Virus record (IMG/VR): IMGVR_UViG_3300032893_000056
Coordinates: 1-56,411 of that record
Strand: one strand, 5' to 3'
Source: a virus
Taxonomy: Duplodnaviria > Caudoviricetes
DNA: 56,411 nucleotides
Part shown: positions 43,776 through 53,982 of the stretch, piece after piece
Layout of the letters: every line of letters starts with the position of its first letter
How positions within the stretch are numbered: position 1 is the first letter of the stretch
Made by a program: the position numbers and the translations under genes
The notes under the pieces: model-generated
Seen by the model: only the letters and a program-made list of their open reading frames with translations
What the model was told of the DNA's origin: nothing
Database searches by the model: none

Positions 43776-45219
43776 CCCCTATTTTACACAGCTACATACT
43801 CAACGATTTTCGTTTATTGGATCTCCCCAACAGCGCGATGGTACGGATGCCAAAGATCAACGATTTGTCAATCTATATCCTGAGTTAATTAAATCACCAA
43901 TCAGTGATGGAAAGAAGTACTATCTCAAGAAAAGGCCGGGACTGGCTCTGACAACTACAATTCCTGGGGCATCGGGAACTGTGCTTGGCTTTTTTTATTG
44001 GGAATATAATACTACCTATTATTCTGTAGTAGGCAGTACACTCTACGCTGGAACAACCTCTATTCTAACAGGAATTTCCACATCTGCTGGAACCACGGGC
44101 TTTACAGTATTTCGTAGTGATTCCGAAGATATATTGTTTTTTTGTGACGGAGTTAGTGGTTGGGTTATTACTAATACCAATACCGTAATTCCAGTCACTG
44201 ACTCTAATTTTCCATCTCCACACATTCCAACGCCTGTCTTTCTAGATGGTTATATTTTCTTGCCTAAGCAAGGAACACAATCCATCTATAATAGTGCATT
44301 GCAAGATCCGCTAACTTGGCCATCTGATGGTTTTATTGATGCAGAAATGTATCCTGATAATTTGATCGGGCTATACAAGGTCCAGAATTATATTGCCGCT
44401 GTGGGATCAGATTCTATTGAATGGTTTTATGATAATGCAAATGCAACGGGTAGTCCCCTGCAACGCAATGCTCCGGCCGTGTCTCAATTTGGAAGTCCCT
44501 ACGCAGCAGCAACAATCAATCAAACGGAAAGAGAGTTGATTCTGGTAGGACAAACAAATAATGGTGGTAGAACTGTTTGGACGCTGAATGGATTTCAACC
44601 AACAGAGATTGCTAATGAACCAGTGCGAGAAGCTTTGGATCTGGAAGGGGCATCTATAGCCGGAGCTAGTGCATTTACTATCCAAAGTGCGGGCCATAAA
44701 TGGTATGTTCTAAATCTTATTGGAGCCGGTCGAACCTTTGTGTTTGATTTTGAAGAAAACATGTGGCATGAGTGGACTTCCGGACTAGGGCAACAAGTAT
44801 TCGGTATGCGCTTTGCGGCAGATAGTGGTAATGGTTATCCCCTTATGATGGGCTATGGTGGAGGCCTACAATACATCTTTGCTCCAACAGAGTATACTGA
44901 TGCCGGAACAACAATCAATTGTCAAGTAACGACAGTCAAACTTGATTTTGATACCATCATGCGAAAACGTTTCTTCCGATTGTCTTTGATCTGTGATGGC
45001 CCTAATGATGATTCCAATGTCCCGATGAATGTGGCATGGAGTGATGACGACTATAATACTTGGGTTGGCAATCTAACAATGGAAGTAAATGCAAGTTATC
45101 CAACAGTAACTCAACTTGGGTATTCTCGGAGACGCGCATTTCAGTTCACCTTCCAACAACCGTATCCTCTTCGTATGGAATCATTTGAATTGGATTACAC
45201 ACAAGAAGTGAGACGCTAA
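43765..45219 (+). CDS. Tail/packaged-DNA stabilisation protein (P22 gp10-like)
   Basis: N.YPE, RPGL, FLDGY, S.L.D...W, AE..PD, SIE.F, GH..YVL, WHEW, WSDD. Confidence 0.78.
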   Translation: MSTNPYFTQLHTQRFSFIGSPQQRDGTDAKDQRFVNLYPELIKSPISDGKKYYLKKRPGLALTTTIPGASGTVLGFFYWEYNTTYYSVVGSTLYAGTTSILTGISTSAGTTGFTVFRSDSEDILFFCDGVSGWVITNTNTVIPVTDSNFPSPHIPTPVFLDGYIFLPKQGTQSIYNSALQDPLTWPSDGFIDAEMYPDNLIGLYKVQNYIAAVGSDSIEWFYDNANATGSPLQRNAPAVSQFGSPYAAATINQTERELILVGQTNNGGRTVWTLNGFQPTEIANEPVREALDLEGASIAGASAFTIQSAGHKWYVLNLIGAGRTFVFDFEENMWHEWTSGLGQQVFGMRFAADSGNGYPLMMGYGGGLQYIFAPTEYTDAGTTINCQVTTVKLDFDTIMRKRFFRLSLICDGPNDDSNVPMNVAWSDDDYNTWVGNLTMEVNASYPTVTQLGYSRRRAFQFTFQQPYPLRMESFELDYTQEVRR

Positions 45220-45221
45220 TT

Positions 45222-45725
45222 ATGGCAGCAGGAGTTCCTCCACCTCCATTGAATTCCCCATCTGGGAGTTATTATTGGCTAGAATGGTATACCAATCTCA
45301 CCAACTTCTTGAATGGAACAAACATTCCATGGGCGAATCTGAATTTCACTGGATCTAATCTTCATGATATTATTACCAGATTGCACAATACGCTGCAAAG
45401 TATTCAAGGCGGCAATGCTGGTGGAGATTTAACTGGAACAGGAAATGCTTGGCACATGTCCGGTCGTGGATATGTATCCTCATCTGGTACTGGTACAGGA
45501 CTTCCCTCTGGATGGTCTATTGTTCATACGAGCACAGGAACTTATACCCTAACTCATAATCTTGGTCTGGCTTCTCCCAATATTGGAGCACTTGCCACAT
45601 CAAATACAACGGGTGTGCTGGTTCAGTGGATTGATGTATCTACTACAAATACGGTGGTGTTCCATTTGACAAATACCTCTGGATCGGCCACTGATGGAAA
45701 TTTTACTTTTGTGGTCTCCTCCTAA
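45222..45725 (+). CDS. Tail protein
   Basis: PPPP..W..W..L; HN.LQ.IQGG; TGTYTLTHNLG. Confidence 0.65.
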   Translation: MAAGVPPPPLNSPSGSYYWLEWYTNLTNFLNGTNIPWANLNFTGSNLHDIITRLHNTLQSIQGGNAGGDLTGTGNAWHMSGRGYVSSSGTGTGLPSGWSIVHTSTGTYTLTHNLGLASPNIGALATSNTTGVLVQWIDVSTTNTVVFHLTNTSGSATDGNFTFVVSS

Positions 45726-46171
45726 TGATTAAAACACAATTGACCCGAGAAGATGCCTTGGTGGTTCTTGAGATGGGTCGTCGATTCCATAGTGAATCAC
45801 AATTCAAAGACACGCCCTATGATGAACAACGGTGTTGGGGACTGCTTGAAGCTACCGTGTCTCATCCCGATCAGTTCTTCATCGCATACGATGATCAGTT
45901 CAAAGGATTCATTATTCTTCAAATGGGGATACAATTCTTCTCCGGATTGAAGTGGGCTGCTGATCAAGTTTTCTATGTGGCACCAGAATACAGAGGAGGC
46001 TCGCTTGCTATGCGCCTTCTTCGCGCAGGAGAAGCATGGGCTAAGGAAAAGGGAGCCTCTGAATTTACGATTATGCATAATGCTGGTATCGGGTTGGAGA
46101 CAGCCGAAAAGTTTTATACCAAACTTGGGTTCGGACTTTCCGGCCTTATCTTCAATAAAAAGGTAAATTAA
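45725..46171 (+). CDS. GNAT acetyltransferase
   Basis: FYVAPEYRGG..A.RLL...E.WA..KGA; FY.KLGF. Confidence 0.85.
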   Translation: MIKTQLTREDALVVLEMGRRFHSESQFKDTPYDEQRCWGLLEATVSHPDQFFIAYDDQFKGFIILQMGIQFFSGLKWAADQVFYVAPEYRGGSLAMRLLRAGEAWAKEKGASEFTIMHNAGIGLETAEKFYTKLGFGLSGLIFNKKVN

Positions 46172-46172
46172 T

Positions 46173-47588
46173 ATGTGTGGTATTGTTGATGATCTTCTAC
46201 CCGTAATTGGTAGTATCGCAGGATTTGCACTAGGAGGTCCGTGGGGAGCTGCTGCTGGCGGGGCATTGGGGGGGTCTATTGGTAACTATGCCCAAACCCA
46301 TAATTGGGGTTCTGCCGCACTTGGAGGTGTCACAGGGGGTATTGGAGGCTACTTTGGAGGTGGCTCACTTGCAAATGCTCTACAAGGTATTGGACAAGCC
46401 GGTGTCGGAGCAACCTCTGCTGCATTTGATACTGGTCTTGCTTCCAGTACGGCTCCAACGACTCTTGGTGGATTGGAAGGCGCAGCAGGCGGTGCTGCCA
46501 TGTTCGGTCCAGCCGCCGGTACAGGTACTGCAATTGGCTCCGCTGCGGCTGGGCTTGGTGGAGGTGGTTTGGGTGAAGCCGGTGCTGGGGCTCTTTCTGG
46601 TGTGACGGATACCGGATTGGGATATCTGGGTGGTCTTGGTGGAGGCACTCAAGGAACTGGTCTTGGACTTGGTACCAGTCTTGGTGGACAAGCGGGTCTT
46701 ACTGGTGCTGAGGCAGCAACTTCCGGTGGTGGAATTACTACTGGCCTCGGGCAGGGTGTCGGACAAGCTAGCCCTGTTTCAACTCTTGGGCAAACTAATG
46801 CTACGAACACTGGAGTTCTTGGAACCCAACCGACGACTCCCATTGGGACAGGCACGGGTTTGGAAGGTTCACAAGTAGCAACCACGGGTTCTGGTGCTCC
46901 GGTTGCATTTAACTCTAACAGTGGGACTGCACTGGAAGGAGCCCAAGCTGCCACTCAGGGCGGTGGTCAATCCGGTACTCTTGCAGCAATGTATGGACCT
47001 ACAAGTACCGCTCCAGCAAGTCCAATTGGTCAAGGAATTGCCGGTACACAAGTGGAAGTGCCGGGAGCAAGTAACGTTCAATTTGGAGCATTGGGAGAAG
47101 GAACCCCAGCGGCTCCGGGTGTAGCAGCAACTGGCGCAACGACAGGGGGAGCCAAAGTGGGTGAAAATCTTATGAGCATGTATCAGCAGTATGCGCCATG
47201 GATGCGCTTGGCAAATACGGGATTGAATGCATACCAACAGTATGCGCAACAGCAAGCACAGAATCGTTACGCTGATCAGATCAATCAGATGTTTGCTCCG
47301 AATAGTCCATATGCACAACAGATGCAACAAACTCTGGCACGCCAAGACGCTGCTGCGGGGCGTAATAGCCAATATGGTAATCGTGCTGTGCAACTGGCGG
47401 CTGCGTTGACTCAGGCACGTGCGCAAGCTCTGGGCAATCAAAATTACTATCGTGCTGCTACGGCCACTCCTGGGGCATCGATGCTTAATGGTTTGTTTGC
47501 CAATTTCTCCAGTCCCCAAGGGATTCAACAATTGGGTCAGATTGGTAGTGCGGGTCTTAATGGCCTTCAATCTCTCTTCGGTGGATAA
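46173..47588 (+). CDS. Gly-rich internal virion / DNA ejection protein
   Basis: MCG start, G/A-rich TM-like N-terminus, Q-rich C-terminus; position. Confidence 0.65.
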   Translation: MCGIVDDLLPVIGSIAGFALGGPWGAAAGGALGGSIGNYAQTHNWGSAALGGVTGGIGGYFGGGSLANALQGIGQAGVGATSAAFDTGLASSTAPTTLGGLEGAAGGAAMFGPAAGTGTAIGSAAAGLGGGGLGEAGAGALSGVTDTGLGYLGGLGGGTQGTGLGLGTSLGGQAGLTGAEAATSGGGITTGLGQGVGQASPVSTLGQTNATNTGVLGTQPTTPIGTGTGLEGSQVATTGSGAPVAFNSNSGTALEGAQAATQGGGQSGTLAAMYGPTSTAPASPIGQGIAGTQVEVPGASNVQFGALGEGTPAAPGVAATGATTGGAKVGENLMSMYQQYAPWMRLANTGLNAYQQYAQQQAQNRYADQINQMFAPNSPYAQQMQQTLARQDAAAGRNSQYGNRAVQLAAALTQARAQALGNQNYYRAATATPGASMLNGLFANFSSPQGIQQLGQIGSAGLNGLQSLFGG

Positions 47589-47590
47589 TT

Positions 47591-48568
47591 ATGCCGTATC
47601 AAAATGACATGATGAGTTTGGCAGATGTGGTTGGTCCGGCCTACGCTGCTCAGCAAATGGGCATGCAGAATGATGAAGCTAACCAACAAGAACAAATAAA
47701 AACGCAGATTGCCCAGCAAACAATGCCCCAAGATATTCAGAAAGCTACTCTGGTAAACCAACTTCTTGGTGCTCAAGGTTATGCTGAACAAGGTCTCGGA
47801 ATGCAACAACAAGCAAAGGGTCTTGCTGATCTCTATGCTGCTCCTTCAGCGGCTCAAGCTCAAGTTGCTGGTAATCAAGCTAAGCTGACCGAAGTTCATG
47901 TAGGTCAACTCCAAAGTCTTGGTCAAATTGTTGGTCAGTTGGATAATCAACTCCAAGGTATTCCGGATGCAGCTAAACCGGCTGCTGTTGGTCAATTCCT
48001 CGATAGCAATGGTGTTCAAGACCCGGGTATCCGTCAAATGATGTTGAATGCAGCTAGTCAGCCGGGTGGCCTTACTCAAATCTCCAATGGTCTATTCCAA
48101 GCCAGTACTGCTGTGCGTTCGAAACTTGCCGAAGAAAATGTACGTGGCGGTTATCAATTGGCAACCACTGGAATGGACGTAGCTGGTCGTGAACAAGTGG
48201 CGAAGCAACAAGCAGACGCTCGTCGCTACATTGCTGATCAGAAAGCTCAAACCGATCGACTCAAACAAACCACTGATCAAGCGCTCGCGCAGATTGTCAC
48301 TCGTCTTGGAACTCCCAATGAACAACCAGGTGATCGTGAACGAGCACAATTCCTGCAACAACAATCTGAACAGCTTCGTCAGATGCAAGCTCTCACTAAT
48401 CAGCAACTGCTTGGTATTGGTGTACCGCAAGCGAACATCAATCAAATTCCGCAAGCAGGTGGTGCTCCGGCTCCCAATGTCCCTCAAGGGCAGGGGAACA
48501 ATGCTCCTCCGGCAGGGGCTGAAGATGCAGTGACGGCAGAAATGCGTAAACGTGGACTCTTAAAGTAA
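47591..48568 (+). CDS. Internal virion / ejection protein
   Basis: Q/A-rich helical protein between ejection genes. Confidence 0.65.
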   Translation: MPYQNDMMSLADVVGPAYAAQQMGMQNDEANQQEQIKTQIAQQTMPQDIQKATLVNQLLGAQGYAEQGLGMQQQAKGLADLYAAPSAAQAQVAGNQAKLTEVHVGQLQSLGQIVGQLDNQLQGIPDAAKPAAVGQFLDSNGVQDPGIRQMMLNAASQPGGLTQISNGLFQASTAVRSKLAEENVRGGYQLATTGMDVAGREQVAKQQADARRYIADQKAQTDRLKQTTDQALAQIVTRLGTPNEQPGDRERAQFLQQQSEQLRQMQALTNQQLLGIGVPQANINQIPQAGGAPAPNVPQGQGNNAPPAGAEDAVTAEMRKRGLLK

Positions 48569-48572
48569 AACT

Positions 48573-51500
48573 ATGGCTCTTGATCTCTCCGGCCTCAGCG
48601 ATGAGGCTCTCCAACAACTGTACCAATCCCAGCAGACGATTCAAAAGTTGGAATCAAACAACGCTCCCGATACGTCGACGATTACCAGTCCCAAAGGAGC
48701 CCAAGGATCTATGCAGGTTATGCCTGCCACTCAAGTCCGGCCCGGATTGGGTGTCACTCCGTCGAATGGTACTCCTCAAGACACGGCCCGCGAGGGCCGT
48801 GATTATTTGGCTGCCCTGACTCAGAAGTATGGTAATCCGATGTATGCTGCTATGGCATATAATTGGGGGATGGGTAATATGGATAAGTGGTTGAAGAGTG
48901 GTGCTGATCTTTCAAAGGTTCCTGATGAAACCTTGAAATATGCCTATAACTATAACAAAGCCAATCCTCAACAGCAACCTGCTGCTACTCCGGCGGTCAC
49001 CTCGGTTTCGACTGATCCGTCAAAGATGACTGATGAGCAGTTGAAGCAAGCTTACACTCAGCAGCAACAGCAAGCTTCATCTGGTGGACTATGGAACAAC
49101 ATCAAGGGTGCGGGACTTCAGGCCGCTAATTTGGGCGTGATGGGTCTGGAAGCAGTTCCCGGCATGGCATCTGGTATCGCTCATCTTGGTGAGAATCTCT
49201 ATGGCGGTCAAAACCTCTCTCAAGCTTTGCAAGGAGCAGTATCCCAGACTGGCCAAGAATTCCAACAATTTGGCGCGGAAAATATTCTTAACAAAATGGG
49301 AGTGGATACTTCAGGTCTGCATGGTACCCAAGGATACCAAGTTGGTGAGAAGATCATGAATCTTCCCGGTGAAGCTATTCATGCCGCTGCACCTTACCTT
49401 GCTCAAGGCATTGCTAATCAGACGGGGTATGATAAACCTATTACTCCCCAAGATGTACAGGATGTAGAGAACCTTGGTAACGCTGCCATGATCGCAGCAC
49501 CGATAGCTCATGTTCTTGGTCGTGGAGCGGGGGTTATTCCTAAAGATTTGGAAACGAAACTGGATACTGGTAATTGGGATCAACCGGGAACTCCTCCGGG
49601 TCCTGAAGCCACACCCACCAGTAACTTTGAAACGGAACCAATTCCGTATCGCCAATACTTCCAACAACCTGATCTCTTCGGTCCGGGGGAAGGTGGAGAA
49701 GCTCCGGCTGGTCCGGGTCTTGGTCTGCGTCCTGATGTAGAAACACCGGAACCCGGGACTCGTGGTGGGTTGAGCAATGCTCGTCAGATGGAACTTCAAC
49801 TAAACCAAGGTGAAACTCTCCGAGTGTCTCCGGAAGGTGAAGTATTCCCTGAAAGTGTTGCTGGACTTCGAGATCAAATGTCTGCTCGGGTAAAGGACTT
49901 CAATGAGGCCGTCCAACGTGGTGATGAGTTTACCCAAGGTGATCTGTTTAATGAACTGAGCCAGCGTTCATATGATCAGTATACCGGTGAACAACCTCGT
50001 GCGCTCAGTGAAGATGAGTTCACCCAGACGATGCAGAATCTGGCAAATCAAGAGGGAACTCGATTTGAACTTCCTGAAGATCCCAAGAAAGCCTATGAAC
50101 AATATCTAAATACCGTTTCTGATGAACAAGGTGGTCTCTTTGACCGCCCCACCATCGCCAAGAATTTTGTGGAAACGGCTGCGCAAGCAGCGGTGGATCG
50201 ATTTGTCAATGACCATCCGACTGTGAAAGCCAATGAACAAAAACTTGCTGCTGCACAGTTGGCCTTTGATCAAGCTCGTGACAGTCAAACTAAGATGGGT
50301 GCTGCTGGTGATCTGAAGCGTGCCCAAGATCTGGTGGACAAGTCTCGTGAGAATATCGCCAAGTTCTACAAGGGTGATGGTCGCTTTGGTATGTATGAGA
50401 AGGATGGGATTATCCACATGAATAGTGGTGTGCCTATTCCGGACTGGATCAAGAATGGTCTGTTGAAGATGCTCCAAGGATTGCATGGAGTTGTGGTGGA
50501 ATTGGCTGACCGTGCTTTCCAGAAGTTCCGCAACATAAACTCGGCAGCCAAGGTCTTCCAAGCTGGGATGCGTCAAGCAGCCAATGAGCGAGCTACTCGT
50601 TCTGTAGATACCAAGGTCAATGAGAAACAGGTTGATCTGATCAAGAAGAATGTTCCGGGTGAAGGCATTAAGGAGTTTGTTCCCGATGACCGGCCTTATC
50701 AGGAGGCCAAGCAGGATCTGGCTGCTGCCCCGGATATGTCTTCGAATTGGATTACTCGCAATATCACTAGCCAAGGTGGTGTATGGGCAAGTGCTCTCTC
50801 AAAGAGTCCTACGGTTAAGTGGGCCTTCACTCACATCCAGAATGCAATCAAGGAAGCTGATTTTACGTCCAAACGTTTGTTGACCAACAATGATGATGGT
50901 CTACGTACTCTGATCCAGAAGATGAATTCACGGGAGAAGGGTGAGATCCATGCTTTGATGGATATGGATGAAGGACAAACTCTCCGTTCTGATAATGAAC
51001 TTCGTCAACGCGGATTCAATGAGAAGCAACGTGCCTATTACCAACGCTTCCAAGAAGTAATGGGTGAAGTATATGATCGCTTCAACAAGGCTATGGTTGA
51101 CGCAGGAATGCCTCCGGTAGATAAGCGGGTGGCCTATATGACTTCTCGTTTCATGGGGGACTTCCGCTCATTGGTGTACCAGAAGGGTACTACCAAGCCT
51201 GTTGGCTTTATTGGTGGAAACACCAAGTGGCATGTGGAGGGTGTGAAGAACTTGCTGGAAAAACAGAATCCCGGTAAGTATGATTTTGAACCTACCACAT
51301 TGAATCGCCAGTTCCAAGGAAAGGTTGGTCCCGATATGTTCCAAGGGTATCTGAATGTGTTGAATCATTTCCAGTTGAATGATCCAGCCATGAAAGAAAT
51401 CATGGATACCTATCGTCAGTACTTCACGTCCAATGCTGCTAAGGCTATGGGTGCTTTGAAGCACGCTAAGGAAAAGGGTGGTATCTTTGGTGCAGAAGGT

Positions 51501-53240
51501 AAGAAGGCTTGGCTGACCCAAGAACAGAATGCTATTGAAGGGATGAAATCTCAACTTGTATATGCAGATCACATGATTAAGTGGTCAGCCATGCAAGAAG
51601 CAGCCGGTAAGGTCAAGGAGATGATGAATGATCCCGATATCAATCAACCTAATGCCAAAGCCTATGTGAAGGATTATCTCTCGAATGCTTTGGGTCAATC
51701 GACCTCAAAGTGGGCACAGGGTGTATCGAGTGTTCTGGATGGAGTAGCTCAACAAACGGGTATAGGTCCTTCGGTATTGCGTGGCTTGAACAGCACCCAG
51801 AAGAGTGCTCTACTTCAACTGTGGCTGGGTTTCTTCCGTCTACCACATGCTCTACTCACGATGACTCAGTTTCTCCAAAGCAATCCTGCAATGGCTGAAC
51901 TGGTACGTAGTCGAGGAGAAGGTAACTTCTGGGCAAACAGCTATAAAGGTCTAGGTACCACGATGCAGATGGCCCTGAAGCAGTTGAATCCTGAGCACAA
52001 GCTCAGTGGTTTTGATCAAGCAATCTGGGATTACAACCAAAAGAATCAAGTATTCAATGCCAACTTGACAAACCATCTTGCTGATGTCAATAGTTCCAAG
52101 GCTGGTCGAGCTTTTCGTCATATTATGGAAGCAAACATCACTTATCCGGAAGCAGCTATTCGTTCGAGTACCTTCTCTATCTGGGCACACACCCTGAAGG
52201 AAGCAGGTTATTCGACTAAGGATGCTCTTGGTACCGCTGAGAATCTGACTAGGGCCGCTTTGACGGATTATCGGCCTTCGGAACGTCCGCTGGTGTTTGG
52301 TAAAATGGGTATGATGGGTGATATTGCATCGACACTCACGCGCTTCAAGATGAATCAGATCAGTCAGCATCAGTACTTTGGTAAGGAAGCGATTGGAGGC
52401 AAGAATTTTACTCCGATGGCAGCTTTGTTGGCTTCGTCGATTGCATTTGCTGGCGTGTCAGGTCTACTTGGTTTCAACTACGCAGATGAAGCCTACCAAC
52501 AAATCACTCATCATGTGCTGGGTAAACCAGATACTCTGAAGGCTGTGTTGCTTCGTAATCTTCCTGATTGGGCTAACTATGGAATGTTTGCACAGTTTGG
52601 TATCAATATGCAAGGATCATTCAGCAACGCGGATACCATCCCCGATAATCCGATTTCGACACTGTTCCCGACTAGCAGTACTCTGATGGACATGGGGAAG
52701 AGTGCCTACGAGGCAGCATACTACCATGATGATACGACGATGAAGAAGATGCTGTACAACTTCTCACCAACTTCTATCAAAGGCATCGAAGAAAATCAAT
52801 TGTTTAGTAAGGATGTGGGTAATGGTAACAAGTTGTATATCAACCCCAACACTGAGAAAGGGCAGGCTATTCGGACTCCCGGTGAACAAATGACGCGTAA
52901 TCTGGCTTTCCATCCGATTACTGAAGCTCGTAAACGGGACATTGATCAAGCCAAGAAAACGATCGATCAGGGGTATAGCAATCTTAGGGAGAAGGATCTT
53001 AAGCGGATTGAGCACCAATTTGCTCAAGGCACTGTGACCGATGCAGACCGGGAGCGATTCAAGCAAGATTGGACAAGTCACCGTGGGGATGTATCTGCGG
53101 CCAACTCGATTACTGAGTATCTCCGTAACCAGAAACTTACGGACTTCCAGCGTGACGAACTGGCTGGTGCTCAAGGAAACGTCCAGGCCAAGGAATCGCT
53201 GAAAGATATTTTTGCAATGAAAGGGAATGTGAATCGATGA
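48573..53240 (+). CDS. Large ejection protein with N-terminal lytic transglycosylase (SLT)
   Basis: ES...SPKGAQG.MQVMP.T..YL....YG....A.AYNWG.G; 1555 aa. Confidence 0.82.
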   Translation: MALDLSGLSDEALQQLYQSQQTIQKLESNNAPDTSTITSPKGAQGSMQVMPATQVRPGLGVTPSNGTPQDTAREGRDYLAALTQKYGNPMYAAMAYNWGMGNMDKWLKSGADLSKVPDETLKYAYNYNKANPQQQPAATPAVTSVSTDPSKMTDEQLKQAYTQQQQQASSGGLWNNIKGAGLQAANLGVMGLEAVPGMASGIAHLGENLYGGQNLSQALQGAVSQTGQEFQQFGAENILNKMGVDTSGLHGTQGYQVGEKIMNLPGEAIHAAAPYLAQGIANQTGYDKPITPQDVQDVENLGNAAMIAAPIAHVLGRGAGVIPKDLETKLDTGNWDQPGTPPGPEATPTSNFETEPIPYRQYFQQPDLFGPGEGGEAPAGPGLGLRPDVETPEPGTRGGLSNARQMELQLNQGETLRVSPEGEVFPESVAGLRDQMSARVKDFNEAVQRGDEFTQGDLFNELSQRSYDQYTGEQPRALSEDEFTQTMQNLANQEGTRFELPEDPKKAYEQYLNTVSDEQGGLFDRPTIAKNFVETAAQAAVDRFVNDHPTVKANEQKLAAAQLAFDQARDSQTKMGAAGDLKRAQDLVDKSRENIAKFYKGDGRFGMYEKDGIIHMNSGVPIPDWIKNGLLKMLQGLHGVVVELADRAFQKFRNINSAAKVFQAGMRQAANERATRSVDTKVNEKQVDLIKKNVPGEGIKEFVPDDRPYQEAKQDLAAAPDMSSNWITRNITSQGGVWASALSKSPTVKWAFTHIQNAIKEADFTSKRLLTNNDDGLRTLIQKMNSREKGEIHALMDMDEGQTLRSDNELRQRGFNEKQRAYYQRFQEVMGEVYDRFNKAMVDAGMPPVDKRVAYMTSRFMGDFRSLVYQKGTTKPVGFIGGNTKWHVEGVKNLLEKQNPGKYDFEPTTLNRQFQGKVGPDMFQGYLNVLNHFQLNDPAMKEIMDTYRQYFTSNAAKAMGALKHAKEKGGIFGAEGKKAWLTQEQNAIEGMKSQLVYADHMIKWSAMQEAAGKVKEMMNDPDINQPNAKAYVKDYLSNALGQSTSKWAQGVSSVLDGVAQQTGIGPSVLRGLNSTQKSALLQLWLGFFRLPHALLTMTQFLQSNPAMAELVRSRGEGNFWANSYKGLGTTMQMALKQLNPEHKLSGFDQAIWDYNQKNQVFNANLTNHLADVNSSKAGRAFRHIMEANITYPEAAIRSSTFSIWAHTLKEAGYSTKDALGTAENLTRAALTDYRPSERPLVFGKMGMMGDIASTLTRFKMNQISQHQYFGKEAIGGKNFTPMAALLASSIAFAGVSGLLGFNYADEAYQQITHHVLGKPDTLKAVLLRNLPDWANYGMFAQFGINMQGSFSNADTIPDNPISTLFPTSSTLMDMGKSAYEAAYYHDDTTMKKMLYNFSPTSIKGIEENQLFSKDVGNGNKLYINPNTEKGQAIRTPGEQMTRNLAFHPITEARKRDIDQAKKTIDQGYSNLREKDLKRIEHQFAQGTVTDADRERFKQDWTSHRGDVSAANSITEYLRNQKLTDFQRDELAGAQGNVQAKESLKDIFAMKGNVNR

Positions 53241-53785
53241 ACAACATGAAGATGAGTCAGAACGGTCTCAACTTGATCGAGACCTCTGAAGGATGCCGCA
53301 CTACTGCCTACCAAGACAGTGTGGGTGTCTGGACAATCGGATATGGACATACATCTAATGTATCTCCTGGGGAGACTTGCACGTTGCAGCAAGCCCAAGA
53401 GTGGCTTCAACAAGACGTATCAGGGGCAGAATATGTGGTCAATACGGTTGTTAAAGCGCCTCTCAATCAGAACCAGTTTGATGCTCTTGTGGATTTTGTA
53501 TTCAATCTTGGCAGCGGTAACTTTCAGAGTTCTACACTTCTCAAGCTCCTCAATGCGGGAGATTACCAGGGTGCATCGAATGAGTTCCCCAAGTGGAATC
53601 ACGCAGGGGGAGTAGTGGAGCCGGGCCTCACAACCCGGCGGTTGGCTGAACAGAAATTGTTCAACACACCCATTACTTTGCCCACCACAACTTCAGCACA
53701 AACAGGAGCAACGCAATCGCCAACGCTAGTAGAGCAACTTCAAACATGGGTTCAAGCCCTCCAAGGTAAGTTTAGTTCCAAATAA
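53237..53785 (+). CDS. Endolysin, GH24 phage lysozyme
   Basis: EG....AYQD..GVWTIGYGHT, NQFDALV.F.FN.G, S.LL..LN, W..AGG....GL..RR.AE..LF. Confidence 0.92.
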   Translation: MNNMKMSQNGLNLIETSEGCRTTAYQDSVGVWTIGYGHTSNVSPGETCTLQQAQEWLQQDVSGAEYVVNTVVKAPLNQNQFDALVDFVFNLGSGNFQSSTLLKLLNAGDYQGASNEFPKWNHAGGVVEPGLTTRRLAEQKLFNTPITLPTTTSAQTGATQSPTLVEQLQTWVQALQGKFSSK

Positions 53786-53787
53786 AT

Positions 53788-53811
53788 AAGGCCCCGAAAG
53801 GGGCCTTTTTC
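53788..53811. terminator. Bidirectional terminator (copy B)
   Basis: Same hairpin as 55-78. Confidence 0.9.
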
Positions 53812-53812
53812 T

Positions 53813-53968
53813 CTACAGTTCCTCGTCTCCCTCATCCACGATCTCGATATCTTTGTACCAAGTAACTCGAAGAAGTCCGATATCAGCATTCACTCCAAAT
53901 CCCAGAGTCTCATTGTCAAAATATTCGAGACCCACACTCGCACCCTTAATCAGTTGCCAAGTAATCAT
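53813..53968 (-). CDS. Small hypothetical protein (copy B of 80..235)
   Basis: Same protein, synonymous changes. Confidence 0.75.
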   Translation of the reverse strand: MITWQLIKGASVGLEYFDNETLGFGVNADIGLLRVTWYKDIEIVDEGDEEL

Positions 53969-53982
53969 GCTTCATGTCTCCG

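Noticed and set aside
45725-46171. GNAT as a novel toxin or defence gene
   Set aside because: An acetyltransferase just before the ejection-protein genes is a common podovirus arrangement
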